64,000 nt of DNA from Steroidobacteraceae bacterium. GTDB taxonomy: Bacteria; Pseudomonadota; Gammaproteobacteria; Steroidobacterales; Steroidobacteraceae. Shown here in pieces: positions 1-9,619 of the stretch. The notes below the pieces were generated by a model that had not been told where the DNA came from, searched no databases, and worked only from the letters and a program-made list of their open reading frames with translations. The position numbers were made by a program, and so were the translations under genes. The first letter of the stretch is position 1. Every line of letters starts with the position of its first letter. Where the stretch lies: contig DATNDE010000019.1 of assembly GCA_035553315.1 (NCBI GenBank), positions 316 through 64,315 of the forward strand. Reading direction: 5' to 3'.

Positions 1-137
1 CGACCTCTCAGGTCCACAGGGGGCCGAGAAGTATAGTCCCGGAGGACTGAACTGTCTCGACATTATGGTCAGTCGACAGCGGTTCCACCCTGCGAGCCAC
101 GAGGACCACGTAGGAGGATGCCGAGCCGAGGGCGCGC

Positions 138-165
138 ATTATAGGGCGCGACCGGCTGAAGTCAA
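138..165 (-). promoter_or_regulatory. Near-consensus sigma70 promoter firing leftwards, out of the window
   Basis: The reverse complement of 138-165 reads TTGACT-(16 nt)-TATAAT. The downstream 1-130 on the minus strand has no credible ORF. Confidence 0.5.
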
Positions 166-316
166 CGTTTCTTGCGAAGCGCTTCCCGAACTCTTAATTA
201 GCTGATTTTAAAGGCCTGCGCGCTGCAGCAACGCGCCGCTCGCAAGCAGCACGCGCTGGTGGCTCGCCCGCCGCATCCACCTCGCGCCTCCACTCGCGCC
301 ATCGCAATGCAGCCGC

Positions 317-745
317 TCAGATGAAGGGTCGACGCGAAGCCGCTACGGGACCGTAGTACGCATCGACCTGCGAGAGCCAATTCGCATCGACTGCAGCCGG
401 CCAGCGGTGCTTATCGAACCCTGGCGCGCTACGCAGCCGCTGCGCATCGATGTTGAGCACGAACCACTTGTTGTCCACATCGAGCGCCAGCGAGCGCCAC
501 GGCACCGCGAACAGCTTGTCGCCGAGGCCCAGATGACCGCCAAACGACAGTACCGCGTACGCAATCGTTCCATTGACGACGTCGAGCATGATGTGGCTGA
601 TGTGCCCCAGCCGCTCGCCCTGCTCGTTGACCACCTTCTCGCCGGTCAGCGTATCGGCGGTCATGAGGCGTGGGCCCGGACCTGACTCGCCGGCCGCGTG
701 ACCTGGCGTGCCGAGAATTCCCTGCTCGTCCGGTAGCTCTGGCAT
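317..745 (-). CDS. PRC-barrel domain protein
   Basis: 142 aa ORF. The central segment GEKVVNEQGERLGHISHIMLDVVNGTIAYAVLSFGG...FAVPW is typical of PRC-barrel proteins. Confidence 0.7.
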   Translation of the reverse strand: MPELPDEQGILGTPGHAAGESGPGPRLMTADTLTGEKVVNEQGERLGHISHIMLDVVNGTIAYAVLSFGGHLGLGDKLFAVPWRSLALDVDNKWFVLNIDAQRLRSAPGFDKHRWPAAVDANWLSQVDAYYGPVAASRRPFI

Positions 746-767
746 GCAAGCCCCCTACACGTGATTC

Positions 768-1748
768 CTAGAGATCGAGTTTGAACAGCTTGATCGCATT
801 CGTGCGGCCGATCTGCACCCGCTCCTGCTCGCAGATCGTGCCGGTCGTGTCATACCACTGCGCTGCGTCTTGCATGCTCTCGAACGGGTAGTCGGCCGAA
901 AAATAGACCCTGTCCTTGCCGAGTACCTCCAGCGAGCACCGGAACGCCGGATCGTTGAAGTTGCCGCTGGTGGTGATATGGAAGTGCTTGCGGAAGTAGT
1001 CGCCCAGCGGCCTCTTGCCGCGGTAGCCGCGTGGCGAAAAGCGCATCCGCGCGTCGAGTCGCCAAAGGCCGAAGGGAATGTTCTCGCCGAGGTGGCCGAT
1101 GCAAATCTTCAGCGTCGGGTAGTCATCGAACAGCCCGGAGCCGCACAGCCTCAAGCAGTGGATCGACGTCTCCACGGCGAACCCCCAGGGGGCACTCATG
1201 AGCCAGGGATGGCCCTCATAGTTTTTTGCCTGCGCGGGTATCTGCATGCGCGGGTGTAAATAGAAGGGTACGTCGAGGGCGGCAACTTGCGCCCAGAAGT
1301 CGCGATACTCAGGCAAGTCGTAATAAATTGCGGAGTCGGGGCGATCCTTCTGCGTGAACCCATTGACCATGGCTCCTTTGAAGCCCAATTGCTCCACGCA
1401 GCGGCGCAGCTCCTGCGCGGCCGCCTCCGGATCCTGCATCGGTAACGCCGCGAATGCCGCAAATCGGTCGGGATGTCGTGCAACGGCTTGCGCCATGTGA
1501 TCGTTGGCTTTCTTTGCGAGCTCTATGGCCTGGCGTGTATCGAGCACGGCCTGGATGCCCGGCGCGTTCAACGACAGGATCGCGAACTGGATACCGGTCT
1601 TGTCCATCGTCTCGAGCCGCTCATCTCCAATATCGAGAATCTGCCGGTTGAACTGGCTCAAGCCGGCCGAGTCGCCCGCGAAGGCGCGCGTCTGCTCCAG
1701 GGTCTCCTGGATGGCAATATGCTCCTCAAAGGCAATTTTTCCTTGCAT
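768..1748 (-). CDS. Amidohydrolase-2 family decarboxylase (gamma-resorcylate / 2,6-dihydroxybenzoate decarboxylase-like)
   Basis: 326 aa. It appears collinear over its full length with remembered gamma-resorcylate decarboxylase sequence: MQGKIAFEEH..., LSLNAPGIQA, FAALPMQDP, VPFYLHPR, HITTSGNF, IGRTNAIKLFKLD. Confidence 0.8.
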   Translation of the reverse strand: MQGKIAFEEHIAIQETLEQTRAFAGDSAGLSQFNRQILDIGDERLETMDKTGIQFAILSLNAPGIQAVLDTRQAIELAKKANDHMAQAVARHPDRFAAFAALPMQDPEAAAQELRRCVEQLGFKGAMVNGFTQKDRPDSAIYYDLPEYRDFWAQVAALDVPFYLHPRMQIPAQAKNYEGHPWLMSAPWGFAVETSIHCLRLCGSGLFDDYPTLKICIGHLGENIPFGLWRLDARMRFSPRGYRGKRPLGDYFRKHFHITTSGNFNDPAFRCSLEVLGKDRVYFSADYPFESMQDAAQWYDTTGTICEQERVQIGRTNAIKLFKLDL

Positions 1749-1759
1749 GACCTGCCCCC

Positions 1760-2995
1760 TTAGGCGCCCTCATCCGGCCGCAGCTGTCCCCGTGCGATTT
1801 GCACGCGCGCCGCGCGTCGCGATCCGAGCTGCAATAGATAAGCCTGCTCCGCCTGCAGCTGCAGCGATGCGTCCACGGCTTTCTCGCCGTTCACCTTCAC
1901 GGCTCCCTCGGCAATCTTGCGCCTTGCCTCCCCGCCGCTGGCCGCCAGCCCGCTGCCCACCAACGCGGCCACGATACCGACCCGCTCGCCGGCCAGCACG
2001 ATCACCGGCAGGTCCTTTGGCAGCGTCCCCTGCGAGAAGCGCGCGCGAAAATTAGCCAGGGCCTGATCGGCCGCCGCCTTATCGTGAAAGCGCGCCACGA
2101 TTTCCAGCGCCAGCTCGAACTTCACATCGCGCGGATTGCGCCCGGCAGCCACATCGCGCCGCAGAGTCTGAATGTCGCCGGTGTTGCGAAAGCTCAGCAG
2201 CTCGAAGTAGCGCCACATCAGCTCATCGGAGATCGACATGAGCTTGCCGAACATGTCATCGGGCGCGTCATTGATGGCAATGTAGTTGCCCAGTGACTTG
2301 GACATTTTATTGACGCCATCGAGCCCCTCGAGCAGTGGCATCGTCAGCACCACCTGCGGCTCTTGACCATAGTGCTCCTGCAGCGCCCGTCCCACGAGCA
2401 GGTTGAACTTCTGATCGGTGCCACCGAGCTCCACATCCGCCTGCAGCGCCACCGAGTCGTATCCCTGCACGAGCGGATAGAGGAACTCGTGCATGGCGAT
2501 GGGCTGGCCGGCCTTGAATCGCTTGCTGAATTCATCGCGCTCGAGCATGCGCGCCACCGTGTGGCGCGCCGCGATCTCAATCAGCCCGGCGGCGGACATC
2601 GGCCCGAACCAGCGCGAATTGAAATCCACGCGCGTGCGTGCCGGGTCCAGAATGCGAAAGATCTGCTTCTCATAAGTGCGCGCATTGGCCTGCACCTCCT
2701 CGGGCGTCAGGCGCGGGCGCGTGACATTGCGTCCGCTCGGATCGCCGATCAGGCCGGTGAAGTCGCCAATCAGAAAGATGACTTCGTGACCGAACTGCTG
2801 GAACTGACGCATCTTGTTGATGAGCACCGTGTGCCCCAGGTGCAGATCCGGTGCAGTCGGGTCAAATCCCGCCTTGACGCGCAGCGGCTTGCCGCGCGCG
2901 AGTTTTCGCTCGAGCTCGGCGGGCACCAGCAGATCCTGCGCGCCGCGCCCCAGCTCCACCATCTGCTCCGGCGGGGAGCCTCCCTCTGCATTCAT
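1760..2995 (-). CDS. tyrS: Tyrosine--tRNA ligase
   Basis: 411 aa with the class I motifs HLGH (PDLHLGHTV) and KMSKS, and a C-terminal S4-like domain. Confidence 0.95.
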   Translation of the reverse strand: MNAEGGSPPEQMVELGRGAQDLLVPAELERKLARGKPLRVKAGFDPTAPDLHLGHTVLINKMRQFQQFGHEVIFLIGDFTGLIGDPSGRNVTRPRLTPEEVQANARTYEKQIFRILDPARTRVDFNSRWFGPMSAAGLIEIAARHTVARMLERDEFSKRFKAGQPIAMHEFLYPLVQGYDSVALQADVELGGTDQKFNLLVGRALQEHYGQEPQVVLTMPLLEGLDGVNKMSKSLGNYIAINDAPDDMFGKLMSISDELMWRYFELLSFRNTGDIQTLRRDVAAGRNPRDVKFELALEIVARFHDKAAADQALANFRARFSQGTLPKDLPVIVLAGERVGIVAALVGSGLAASGGEARRKIAEGAVKVNGEKAVDASLQLQAEQAYLLQLGSRRAARVQIARGQLRPDEGA

Positions 2996-3160
2996 GTCGA
3001 TCCGGTCCCAAGTTCAGCCACGACAGGACGGCACTCTATCAGGAGAGGCATCTGGCATCCCGCGGTCACGGTACGGCCTTCGGCTGCCTGGGTAGGCCGT
3101 GTGTCGAAGCTAAGGCCTGCGCCGTTGACCCGCGGCGCGGCACCCATGTAGGGTCGCTGC

Positions 3161-4282
3161 GTGGGTCTTTATATGGGATTGATGTCCGGAACGAGCATGG
3201 ACGGTATCGATGCCGCTCTGCTCGACATCGACGCCGATGGAATGCGCGTGCGCGCAGCCGCGGCGCGCGACTGGCCCGCCTCGCTGCAGACACGCCTGCG
3301 TCACGCCGCCGAACGCGCCGAGAGCACCGGGCTCTACGAGCTCGGAGAGCTGGACACCGCGGTGGGCGTACAACTGGCGTCGGCTGCCGCCGCGCTGCTT
3401 GAGTCCGCGGGTGTCAGCGCCGCCGCGGTGCGCGCCATTGGCAGCCACGGTCAAACCATCCTGCACCGGCCCTCGGGCCAGTGTCCGTTCACGCTGCAGA
3501 TCGGCGATCCCAACATCATTGCCGAGCGCCTGGGCATCGACGTGGTCGCTGACTTTCGCCGCCGCGACGTCGCAGCCGGAGGCGAGGGTGCGCCGCTGAT
3601 GCCGGCCTTCCACGCAGCGGTCTTCGCGGCGCGCGGGCAGCGGCGCGCCGTGGTGAACATCGGCGGCATGGCCAATGTCACGCTGCTCGGGGCCGACGGC
3701 GGCGTGCTCGGCTTCGATACCGGGCCGGGCAATTGCCTGCTCGACGCCTGGGCGCGCCGCCATCTGGGTCATGCCTACGATGCCGATGGCCGCTGGGCCG
3801 CCAGCGGGCGGGTGCAGCCGGCGCTGCTGGCGCGCCTGCTGGCCGATCCCTACTTTGCGCGCCCGGCGCCCAAGAGCACCGGCCGCGAGACCTTCAGCGA
3901 CGCCTGGCTCGAGCGCACCCTGGCGGGCGGATCCGGGCACCTCGATGCCGCCGACGTGCAGGCGACGCTGGCCGAGCTCACCGCCCGCAGCATCGTCGAT
4001 GCCCTGACGCAGGCCGCCGGCGGGGCCGCCCCCTCGCAGGCCTACGTCTGCGGCGGCGGCGCTTTCAATGTCGACCTGATGCAGCGGCTGGCGAGAGCAC
4101 TGCCCGTCACGCTCTGGCAGAGCACCGCGGCCTGCGGCATTGCCCCCGAGCACGTGGAGGCCGCGGGTTTCGCCTGGCTCGCGCATCGCTGCCTGGAAGG
4201 AACCGCCGGGAACCTGCCGAGCGTCACTGGCGCGCATCATCCCGTGCCGCTCGGTGCGTTGTATCGCGGCCGGCTCGCCTGA
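3161..4282 (+). CDS. anmK: Anhydro-N-acetylmuramic acid kinase
   Basis: The N-terminus GLMSGTSMDGIDAAL matches the AnmK signature. Start is GTG at 3161 or ATG at 3173. Divergent from tyrS. Confidence 0.9.
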   Translation: MGLYMGLMSGTSMDGIDAALLDIDADGMRVRAAAARDWPASLQTRLRHAAERAESTGLYELGELDTAVGVQLASAAAALLESAGVSAAAVRAIGSHGQTILHRPSGQCPFTLQIGDPNIIAERLGIDVVADFRRRDVAAGGEGAPLMPAFHAAVFAARGQRRAVVNIGGMANVTLLGADGGVLGFDTGPGNCLLDAWARRHLGHAYDADGRWAASGRVQPALLARLLADPYFARPAPKSTGRETFSDAWLERTLAGGSGHLDAADVQATLAELTARSIVDALTQAAGGAAPSQAYVCGGGAFNVDLMQRLARALPVTLWQSTAACGIAPEHVEAAGFAWLAHRCLEGTAGNLPSVTGAHHPVPLGALYRGRLA

Positions 4283-4302
4283 AGGACGCACGCGCACCCC
4301 TC

Positions 4303-6381
4303 ATGGATCAGCCCACATTTCGCGCGCCGCAGAATTTCATCAACCCCGAGCTCTCCGCGCTCGAGTTCAACCGGCGCGTGCTCGCGCAGAGTCTCGATCC
4401 GCGCGTGCCGCTGCTGGAGCGGCTGCGCTTCCTGTGCATCTGTTCGAGCAATCTGGATGAGTTCTTCGAGATCCGCGTCGCCGGACTCAAGCAGCTGCTC
4501 GAGCTGGGCAGCAGCCAGGTCGGCGCCGATGGCATGTCCATCGCCGAGCAGCTCGGCGCAATCTACCAGCACACCACAGAGCTGATGCACGATCAGTACG
4601 CCTGCCTCAACGACGTGCTGCTGCCGGGACTGGCCAGGACAGGCATTTGCGTGCTCGACGAGGAGGACTGGGACCAACCCACGCGCGCCTGGGTGGAGCA
4701 TCACTTTGCGACGGAGGTCGAGCCGGTCCTCAGTCCTCTCGGCCTGGATCCCGCCCGACCCTTCCCTCGCATTCAGAACAAGAGCCTCAACTTCATCGTC
4801 CAGCTCTCGGGCAAGGATGCATACGGCCGCGACAGCGAGCTCGCCATCGTGCAGGCGCCCCGTTCGTTGCCGCGCATCGTGGCGCTGCCCGACGGCCGTG
4901 GCACGCGTTTCGTCGCGCTCTCGACGATCGTCGAGGCGTTCGTCGATCATCTGTTCGACGGCGTGCAGATGCTGGGTGTCTACCAGTTTCGGGTGACGCG
5001 TAATAGCGATCTGTTCGTCGACGACGAGGAGGTCGACGATCTGCGCCGTGCGCTCGAAGGCGAGCTCGCGCACCGTCGCTACGGCGCGGCCGTGCGACTG
5101 GAGACCGCCGCCAACTGTCCCACTGAGGTGGTGGATTTCCTGCTGCACGAATTTGCGCTTGGTGCACAGGACGTCTATCACGTGCCCGGCCCGGTCAATC
5201 TCAATCGCTTCTCGGCGATCTACGACCTGGCACAGCGACCCGACCTCAAGTACTCGCCCTTCATGCCGGGTCTTCCCAAGCGCCTGGTCGGAGCGACCGA
5301 TCTGTTCGCGGTCATCCGCCAGCGTGATCTGCTGCTGCACCATCCCTATCGCAGTTTTGCTCCCGTCATGGATCTGCTGCGCCAGGCGGCCGCCGATCCG
5401 AGCGTGCTGGCGATCAAGCAGACGCTGTATCGCACGGGCGATCACTCGCCCATCGTGGAGGCATTGATCGCCGCGTCGCTCGCCGGCAAGGATGTCACCG
5501 TCATCATCGAGCTGCGCGCGCGCTTCGACGAGGAAGCCAACATCGAGCTGTCGAATTCGCTGCAGGAGGCCGGCGCGCACGTCATGTACGGCGTGGTCGG
5601 CTATAAAACGCACGCCAAAATGACGCTCATCGTGCGTCGCGAGCCCGACGGTATCCGCCGTTACTGCCATCTGGGCACCGGCAATTACCACCCGCGCACG
5701 GCGCGCACCTATACGGACTATGGCCTGTTCACCTGCGATGAGGACATCGGCAGCGATGTGCACGAGATTTTCCTGCAGCTCACCAGCCTGACGCGCATGC
5801 CCAAGCTGCAGCGGCTGCTGCAGTCGCCGTTCCATCTGCACGAGGCCATCCAGCGCCTGATCGAGCGCGAGGCCGAGCACGCGCGAGCCGGGCGGCCCGC
5901 GCGCATCGTGGCGAAGCTCAACGCCCTGGTCGACCCGCAGACCATCGAGAGCCTGTATCGCGCCTCACAGTCCGGCGTGCGCATCGAGCTCATCGTGCGC
6001 GGGGTCTGCGCACTGCGGCCCGGCGTGCCGGGGGTCTCGGAGAATATCCGCGTGCGCTCGATCGTCGGCCGTTTCCTCGAGCATTCGCGCGTCTACTGCT
6101 TCGAGAATGCCGGCGAGCGCGAGCTGTTCCTCGCCAGCGCGGACTGGATGGAGCGCAATTTCTTCCGCCGTGTGGAGATCGCCTTCCCGGTCCTGAAGCA
6201 GCAGCCGCGCGAGCGCATCCTCAAGGACCTCGAGATCTATCTCGCCGACAACATCAATGCCTGGGAGTTGCAGTCCGACGGCAGTTACCGGCGCTTGAGC
6301 GCTTCCGACCAGGTCAGCGCCTGCGACGCGCAGCAGCGCCTGCTGGAGCGCTACGCGGGGCTGCCGGCGCCGGAGATCTAA
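4303..6381 (+). CDS. ppk: Polyphosphate kinase 1
   Basis: The ORF is open from 3733, but PPK1 similarity begins at ATG 4303 (MDQPTF..FINPELSALEFNRRVL). YKTHAKM (phospho-His region) and two PLD-like C-terminal domains are present. Confidence 0.95.
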   Translation: MDQPTFRAPQNFINPELSALEFNRRVLAQSLDPRVPLLERLRFLCICSSNLDEFFEIRVAGLKQLLELGSSQVGADGMSIAEQLGAIYQHTTELMHDQYACLNDVLLPGLARTGICVLDEEDWDQPTRAWVEHHFATEVEPVLSPLGLDPARPFPRIQNKSLNFIVQLSGKDAYGRDSELAIVQAPRSLPRIVALPDGRGTRFVALSTIVEAFVDHLFDGVQMLGVYQFRVTRNSDLFVDDEEVDDLRRALEGELAHRRYGAAVRLETAANCPTEVVDFLLHEFALGAQDVYHVPGPVNLNRFSAIYDLAQRPDLKYSPFMPGLPKRLVGATDLFAVIRQRDLLLHHPYRSFAPVMDLLRQAAADPSVLAIKQTLYRTGDHSPIVEALIAASLAGKDVTVIIELRARFDEEANIELSNSLQEAGAHVMYGVVGYKTHAKMTLIVRREPDGIRRYCHLGTGNYHPRTARTYTDYGLFTCDEDIGSDVHEIFLQLTSLTRMPKLQRLLQSPFHLHEAIQRLIEREAEHARAGRPARIVAKLNALVDPQTIESLYRASQSGVRIELIVRGVCALRPGVPGVSENIRVRSIVGRFLEHSRVYCFENAGERELFLASADWMERNFFRRVEIAFPVLKQQPRERILKDLEIYLADNINAWELQSDGSYRRLSASDQVSACDAQQRLLERYAGLPAPEI

Positions 6382-6389
6382 GGTCCGCC

Positions 6390-7913
6390 TCAGCCGCGCG
6401 GGCGCTCGAATACCCGCAAGCGCAGCCCCTGCGGCCGCAGATAGTCGATCTCCTGCTGCAGATCGGCGGCGGTCAGCGGGTGCTCGCGCAGCCAGTGGTA
6501 TGGAAAGCGTATTTCCAGCGTGCGCGAACGCGCCGTCAGCTCGATCGGCTGCAGGGCCTCCTGGCTGCGGCCCCGATGCAGCAGCACCGACAGGCGCAGC
6601 AGCACGATCAGGTAGAGCGCCAGGCGATCCCAGGGCGGGATCAGATCCTCCAGATGCTCGAGCATCAGCTTGCGGCGATGATTGCCCACCAGGCGCGCGA
6701 TGAGGTGCTGTTCCTCGTGGCCAAAGCCGGGCATGTCCGCATTGTCGAGCAGGTAGGCGCCATGGCGGTGATAGCCATTGTGCGCAACGTCCAGCCCGAT
6801 CTCGTGCAGGCGCGCTGCCCAGCGCAGTGATTGCTCCGCCAGCGGATCGGACAGCGCCCAGGCACTGCGTACCTGTGAGAGAAATTGCATCGCGCTGGTC
6901 TCCACGCGCTCGGCCTGCTCGACGTCGACGTGATAGCGACGCTGCATCGAAGTCACGGTGCGATCGCGCGCGTCGGCGCGCGTCATACGGCCGACCATGT
7001 CGTAGAGCAGCCCATCGCGCAGCGCCCCTTCCACGAAGCGCATCTGCTGGATGCCCAGCGCCGCGACGATCTCGCTGAGGATCACCACTCCGCCGGGGAA
7101 CACTGGGCGCCGCTCCTCGGTGACGGCCTTCAGATCCAGGAAACGCACATTCTCAGCCTCGGCGAGCCGCTCGAGCAGCCGTGCGAGTCCCGCAGGTGTG
7201 ATCGCTGCACCAGCGGAAGGGTCGAGCTCGCGCACGCCCTCGGCGATGGAGCGCACGGTTCCGGAGCTGCCAACGGTGCGTTCCCAACCCTGGCGCAAAA
7301 ACACCGCCTGGATCGGCTCGAGTTCCAGCCGGGCTGCCAGCCGCGCCCGATCGATGCGCTTGGCCGACAGGCGTCCGTCGGGAAAGTAGCGCTGGCTCAT
7401 CGACACACAGCCCATCTGCAGGCTCTCCAGCTGCAAGGGCTCGTGACGCTCGCCGATGATGAGCTCAGTGCTGCCGCCGCCGATGTCGATGACCAGCCGA
7501 TGACCGGGCTCGGCCGGCAGAAGATGGGCAACCCCGGAATAGATCAGGCGCGCTTCCTCGATGCCCGAGACGATTTCGATGGGGAAGCCGAGCGCCTCGC
7601 GCGCGCGCTCGAGGAAGGCCTGCTTGCGCCTCGCAATACGCAGCGCGTTGGTGCCCACGACGCGCACGCTGCCGGCGTGCATATCACGCAAGCGCTGGCC
7701 GAAGCGTTGCAGGCAGGCCAGCGCGCGGGTTGCGGCGTCCTTGTCCAGCCGCCCATCCTCGCCGATGCCGGCTGCAAGCCGCACCATCTCGCGCAGCCTG
7801 TCGATGACCACCAGCTGGCCGTGCGAGTAGCGCGCGACCACCATGTGGAAGCTGTTGGAGCCCAGATCGACCGCCGCGATGACTTCGTTCATGGCGGCGC
7901 TGGGCGGACTCAT
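6390..7913 (-). CDS. ppx: Exopolyphosphatase (Ppx/GppA family)
   Basis: 507 aa with AAVDLGSNSFHMVVA and DIGGGSTELI ASKHA-fold motifs and a C-terminal HD-like domain. Convergent with ppk across an 8-nt gap. Confidence 0.9.
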   Translation of the reverse strand: MSPPSAAMNEVIAAVDLGSNSFHMVVARYSHGQLVVIDRLREMVRLAAGIGEDGRLDKDAATRALACLQRFGQRLRDMHAGSVRVVGTNALRIARRKQAFLERAREALGFPIEIVSGIEEARLIYSGVAHLLPAEPGHRLVIDIGGGSTELIIGERHEPLQLESLQMGCVSMSQRYFPDGRLSAKRIDRARLAARLELEPIQAVFLRQGWERTVGSSGTVRSIAEGVRELDPSAGAAITPAGLARLLERLAEAENVRFLDLKAVTEERRPVFPGGVVILSEIVAALGIQQMRFVEGALRDGLLYDMVGRMTRADARDRTVTSMQRRYHVDVEQAERVETSAMQFLSQVRSAWALSDPLAEQSLRWAARLHEIGLDVAHNGYHRHGAYLLDNADMPGFGHEEQHLIARLVGNHRRKLMLEHLEDLIPPWDRLALYLIVLLRLSVLLHRGRSQEALQPIELTARSRTLEIRFPYHWLREHPLTAADLQQEIDYLRPQGLRLRVFERPRG

Positions 7914-7952
7914 GCCAGCGGCTGATGCGGCAGCAGAAGCGGCCGAGCTAGG

Positions 7953-8351
7953 TCAGACGTTGAACGAGGAACCGCAGCCGCAGGATGTCTGCGCATTGGG
8001 ATTGCGGATCACGAACTGTGCCCCGTCGAGGCCCTCGCGGTAATCGATCTCCGCGCCCCCGAGGTACTGGAAACTCATCGGATCGATCAGCAGCTTCACG
8101 CCCTGGTTCTCGATGCAGGTATCCCCGTCCTGGATCTCCTCATCGAACTCGAAGCCGTACTGTAATCCCGAGCAACCCCCACCCTGCACGAACACGCGCA
8201 GCATCAGCTTGGGATTGCCCTCGCCGGCGATGAGGTCACTCACCTTGCGCGCAGCAGCATCCGTGAACAGCAGGGGCACTTCGGCCGCATTGGCAGCGGC
8301 TGCACCGGCAGGCTGATGGGTCTCGGGGGTCTGCGACACGGTCTGGCTCAT
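7953..8351 (-). CDS. erpA: Iron-sulfur cluster insertion protein ErpA (IscA/HesB family)
   Basis: The C-terminal ...CGCGSSFNV plus [11 protein letters not shown] are the A-type carrier signature. The start is taken at internal ATG 8351, because the upstream part of the ORF is non-homologous. Confidence 0.9.
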   Translation of the reverse strand: MSQTVSQTPETHQPAGAAAANAAEVPLLFTDAAARKVSDLIAGEGNPKLMLRVFVQGGGCSGLQYGFEFDEEIQDGDTCIENQGVKLLIDPMSFQYLGGAEIDYREGLDGAQFVIRNPNAQTSCGCGSSFNV

Positions 8352-8412
8352 GGATGCAGTGTATGGGGGCGCCGCAGGGGCGTCAAAAGGGGGCTGGGGG
8401 AATCCTTGCGCG

Positions 8413-8832
8413 TCAAAGCCCTTCGGCCATGGGCAGTGAGCCCTCATCGGCCGCGGCCTCCGCGACACTGCCACCGGCCTGCCCATGTCCCAGGGGCACC
8501 AGCTTGCCATTGATTTCGGCGCCGAGTGCAATTTCGAACACGCCGTAGTGCACGTTTCCTCGCACCCTGGCCTTGCTGCCCAGCACCACCCGCTCGGTGG
8601 CGTAGATATCGCCGCAGACACGGCCGTTCACCACCACCTGGGACGCTGCGACCGAGCCGTCGATGACGCCGAATTCGCTCACCGAGAGCGAGCCGTCCGT
8701 CGCGGCGCGCACGCTGCCAGCGACGCGCCCGTCCACGTGCAAGCCCCCGGCGAACTCGATATCCCCCTGGATCGCGGCGTTTCTGCCGATCAAAGTATCG
8801 ATGCGGCCGCTGCGATCGCGCCGTCCGAACAT
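8413..8832 (-). CDS. Bactofilin (polymer-forming cytoskeletal protein)
   Basis: 139 aa. The repetitive beta-helical pattern ([21 protein letters not shown]...[10 protein letters not shown]...VRGNVHY) is typical of DUF583/bactofilin. Confidence 0.85.
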   Translation of the reverse strand: MFGRRDRSGRIDTLIGRNAAIQGDIEFAGGLHVDGRVAGSVRAATDGSLSVSEFGVIDGSVAASQVVVNGRVCGDIYATERVVLGSKARVRGNVHYGVFEIALGAEINGKLVPLGHGQAGGSVAEAAADEGSLPMAEGL

Positions 8833-8867
8833 GGCTCCTCCCGCACGGCCTGCGGGGCCGGCATCTG

Positions 8868-9599
8868 TCAGGTGGGGTCGACCTCCCAGAGGAAGGTCTG
8901 GCGGTAGGGTGCCACGCCCTTGCGGGTCGGACGAACCTCGATCGTCACAGAATCGGGTTTGAATGCCACCGGCAGCGTGATCGGCTGCTCGATATTGGTG
9001 TAATAGCGGAAGTTGAAGGGCACTTGCGCCGGCCCGCCGGTGAGCGTATCCAGCGCCAGGGTACCGGCCGTCCCGGCCTGGGAGCCGGCCACGCTGATGG
9101 CCAGCGTGCCGGTCATCGGCCGATCGGGCTGGGAAGTGCGGTTCAACGTAAAGCGCAGCAGGTACTTTTGCCGCGCGGGCATCGCCACGATGTGAAACTC
9201 CTGCACGCGCACGCCCACATCGGCTTGCGTGTGCTGCTGCGGCGCGACCAGGCCCCGGTAGAACTCCAGATCCTTCTGCTGCCGCTCGACCTGCGCCTGC
9301 AGCTCCCCGATCGTGCGTGCGACCTCCGAGCGTTCACGCACGTCGGATATCTGGGCCTCCTGCGCGGCGGCGAGCTGCACCTGCAGGTGATGCTGCTGTG
9401 CGAGCAGCCGATCCATGCGCGCCTGCATATCAGCCCGCTGGGTGGCGGCGCGCACCGCGTCGAAGCCACCGCGATAGCGGCCGAACTCGAAGGCTGCATA
9501 CAGGGACACGAGGGCCAGCAGCAGCGCCAACGCCAGGGCGACGCGGCGTCGGGCCGGCGTGTGAGTGCGAATCACGAGGCGGGTGGGAATCTCGTCCAA
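8868..9599 (-). CDS. Membrane-anchored coiled-coil protein, likely bactofilin partner (possibly DUF6776-like); start uncertain
   Basis: One N-terminal TM helix (VALALALLLALVSLYAAF), a coiled-coil segment, then a beta-rich C-terminus. The ORF upstream of 9620 overlaps rppH, so the start must be a non-ATG codon (TTG 9599 or GTG 9575). Confidence 0.5.
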   Translation of the reverse strand: MDEIPTRLVIRTHTPARRRVALALALLLALVSLYAAFEFGRYRGGFDAVRAATQRADMQARMDRLLAQQHHLQVQLAAAQEAQISDVRERSEVARTIGELQAQVERQQKDLEFYRGLVAPQQHTQADVGVRVQEFHIVAMPARQKYLLRFTLNRTSQPDRPMTGTLAISVAGSQAGTAGTLALDTLTGGPAQVPFNFRYYTNIEQPITLPVAFKPDSVTIEVRPTRKGVAPYRQTFLWEVDPT

Positions 9600-9619
9600 G
9601 AGGGCCGCTCGCTGCGCCT

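Noticed and set aside
1-135. tRNA, tmRNA, RNase P, SRP or 6S RNA, or a group II intron domain V, at the left edge.
   Set aside because: No T-arm (GGTTCGAATCC-like) or CCA end is present, nor a GGAGGAAAGUCCGGGC (RNase P) or SRP GGAA motif. The GAGCCG...CGGCT segment lacks the GNRA-capped helix of domain V.
3110-4297. Many long ORFs antisense to, or frame-shifted from, recognised genes. Examples: 3110-4297(-), 4237-5880(-), 6885-7925(+), 20087-21646(-), 21282-22859(-), 23625-25052(+), 25488-27125(+), 28632-30899(+), 41391-43223(-), 41546-43066(+), 46266-47903(+), 50792-51859(+), 56526-58202(+), 61097-62425(-).
   Set aside because: These are typical shadow ORFs of a GC-rich genome. Their translations are Arg/Ala/Gly/Pro-rich with no family resemblance. 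Each fully overlaps a gene with strong homology on the other strand or frame.
3733-4302. N-terminal 190-aa extension of the ppk ORF, and similar 5' extensions of erpA (8352-8621), tyrA, the IMPase gene, gshB, pilT, proC, the MltD-like gene and the PQQ dehydrogenase.
   Set aside because: The extensions overlap upstream genes or look non-coding. Family similarity begins at internal start codons that have better spacing or SD context.
6382-6389. Convergent ppk/ppx with an 8-nt gap, considered as an anomaly.
   Set aside because: As far as I recall, a convergent ppk-ppx arrangement is already known from pseudomonads. It is not novel.
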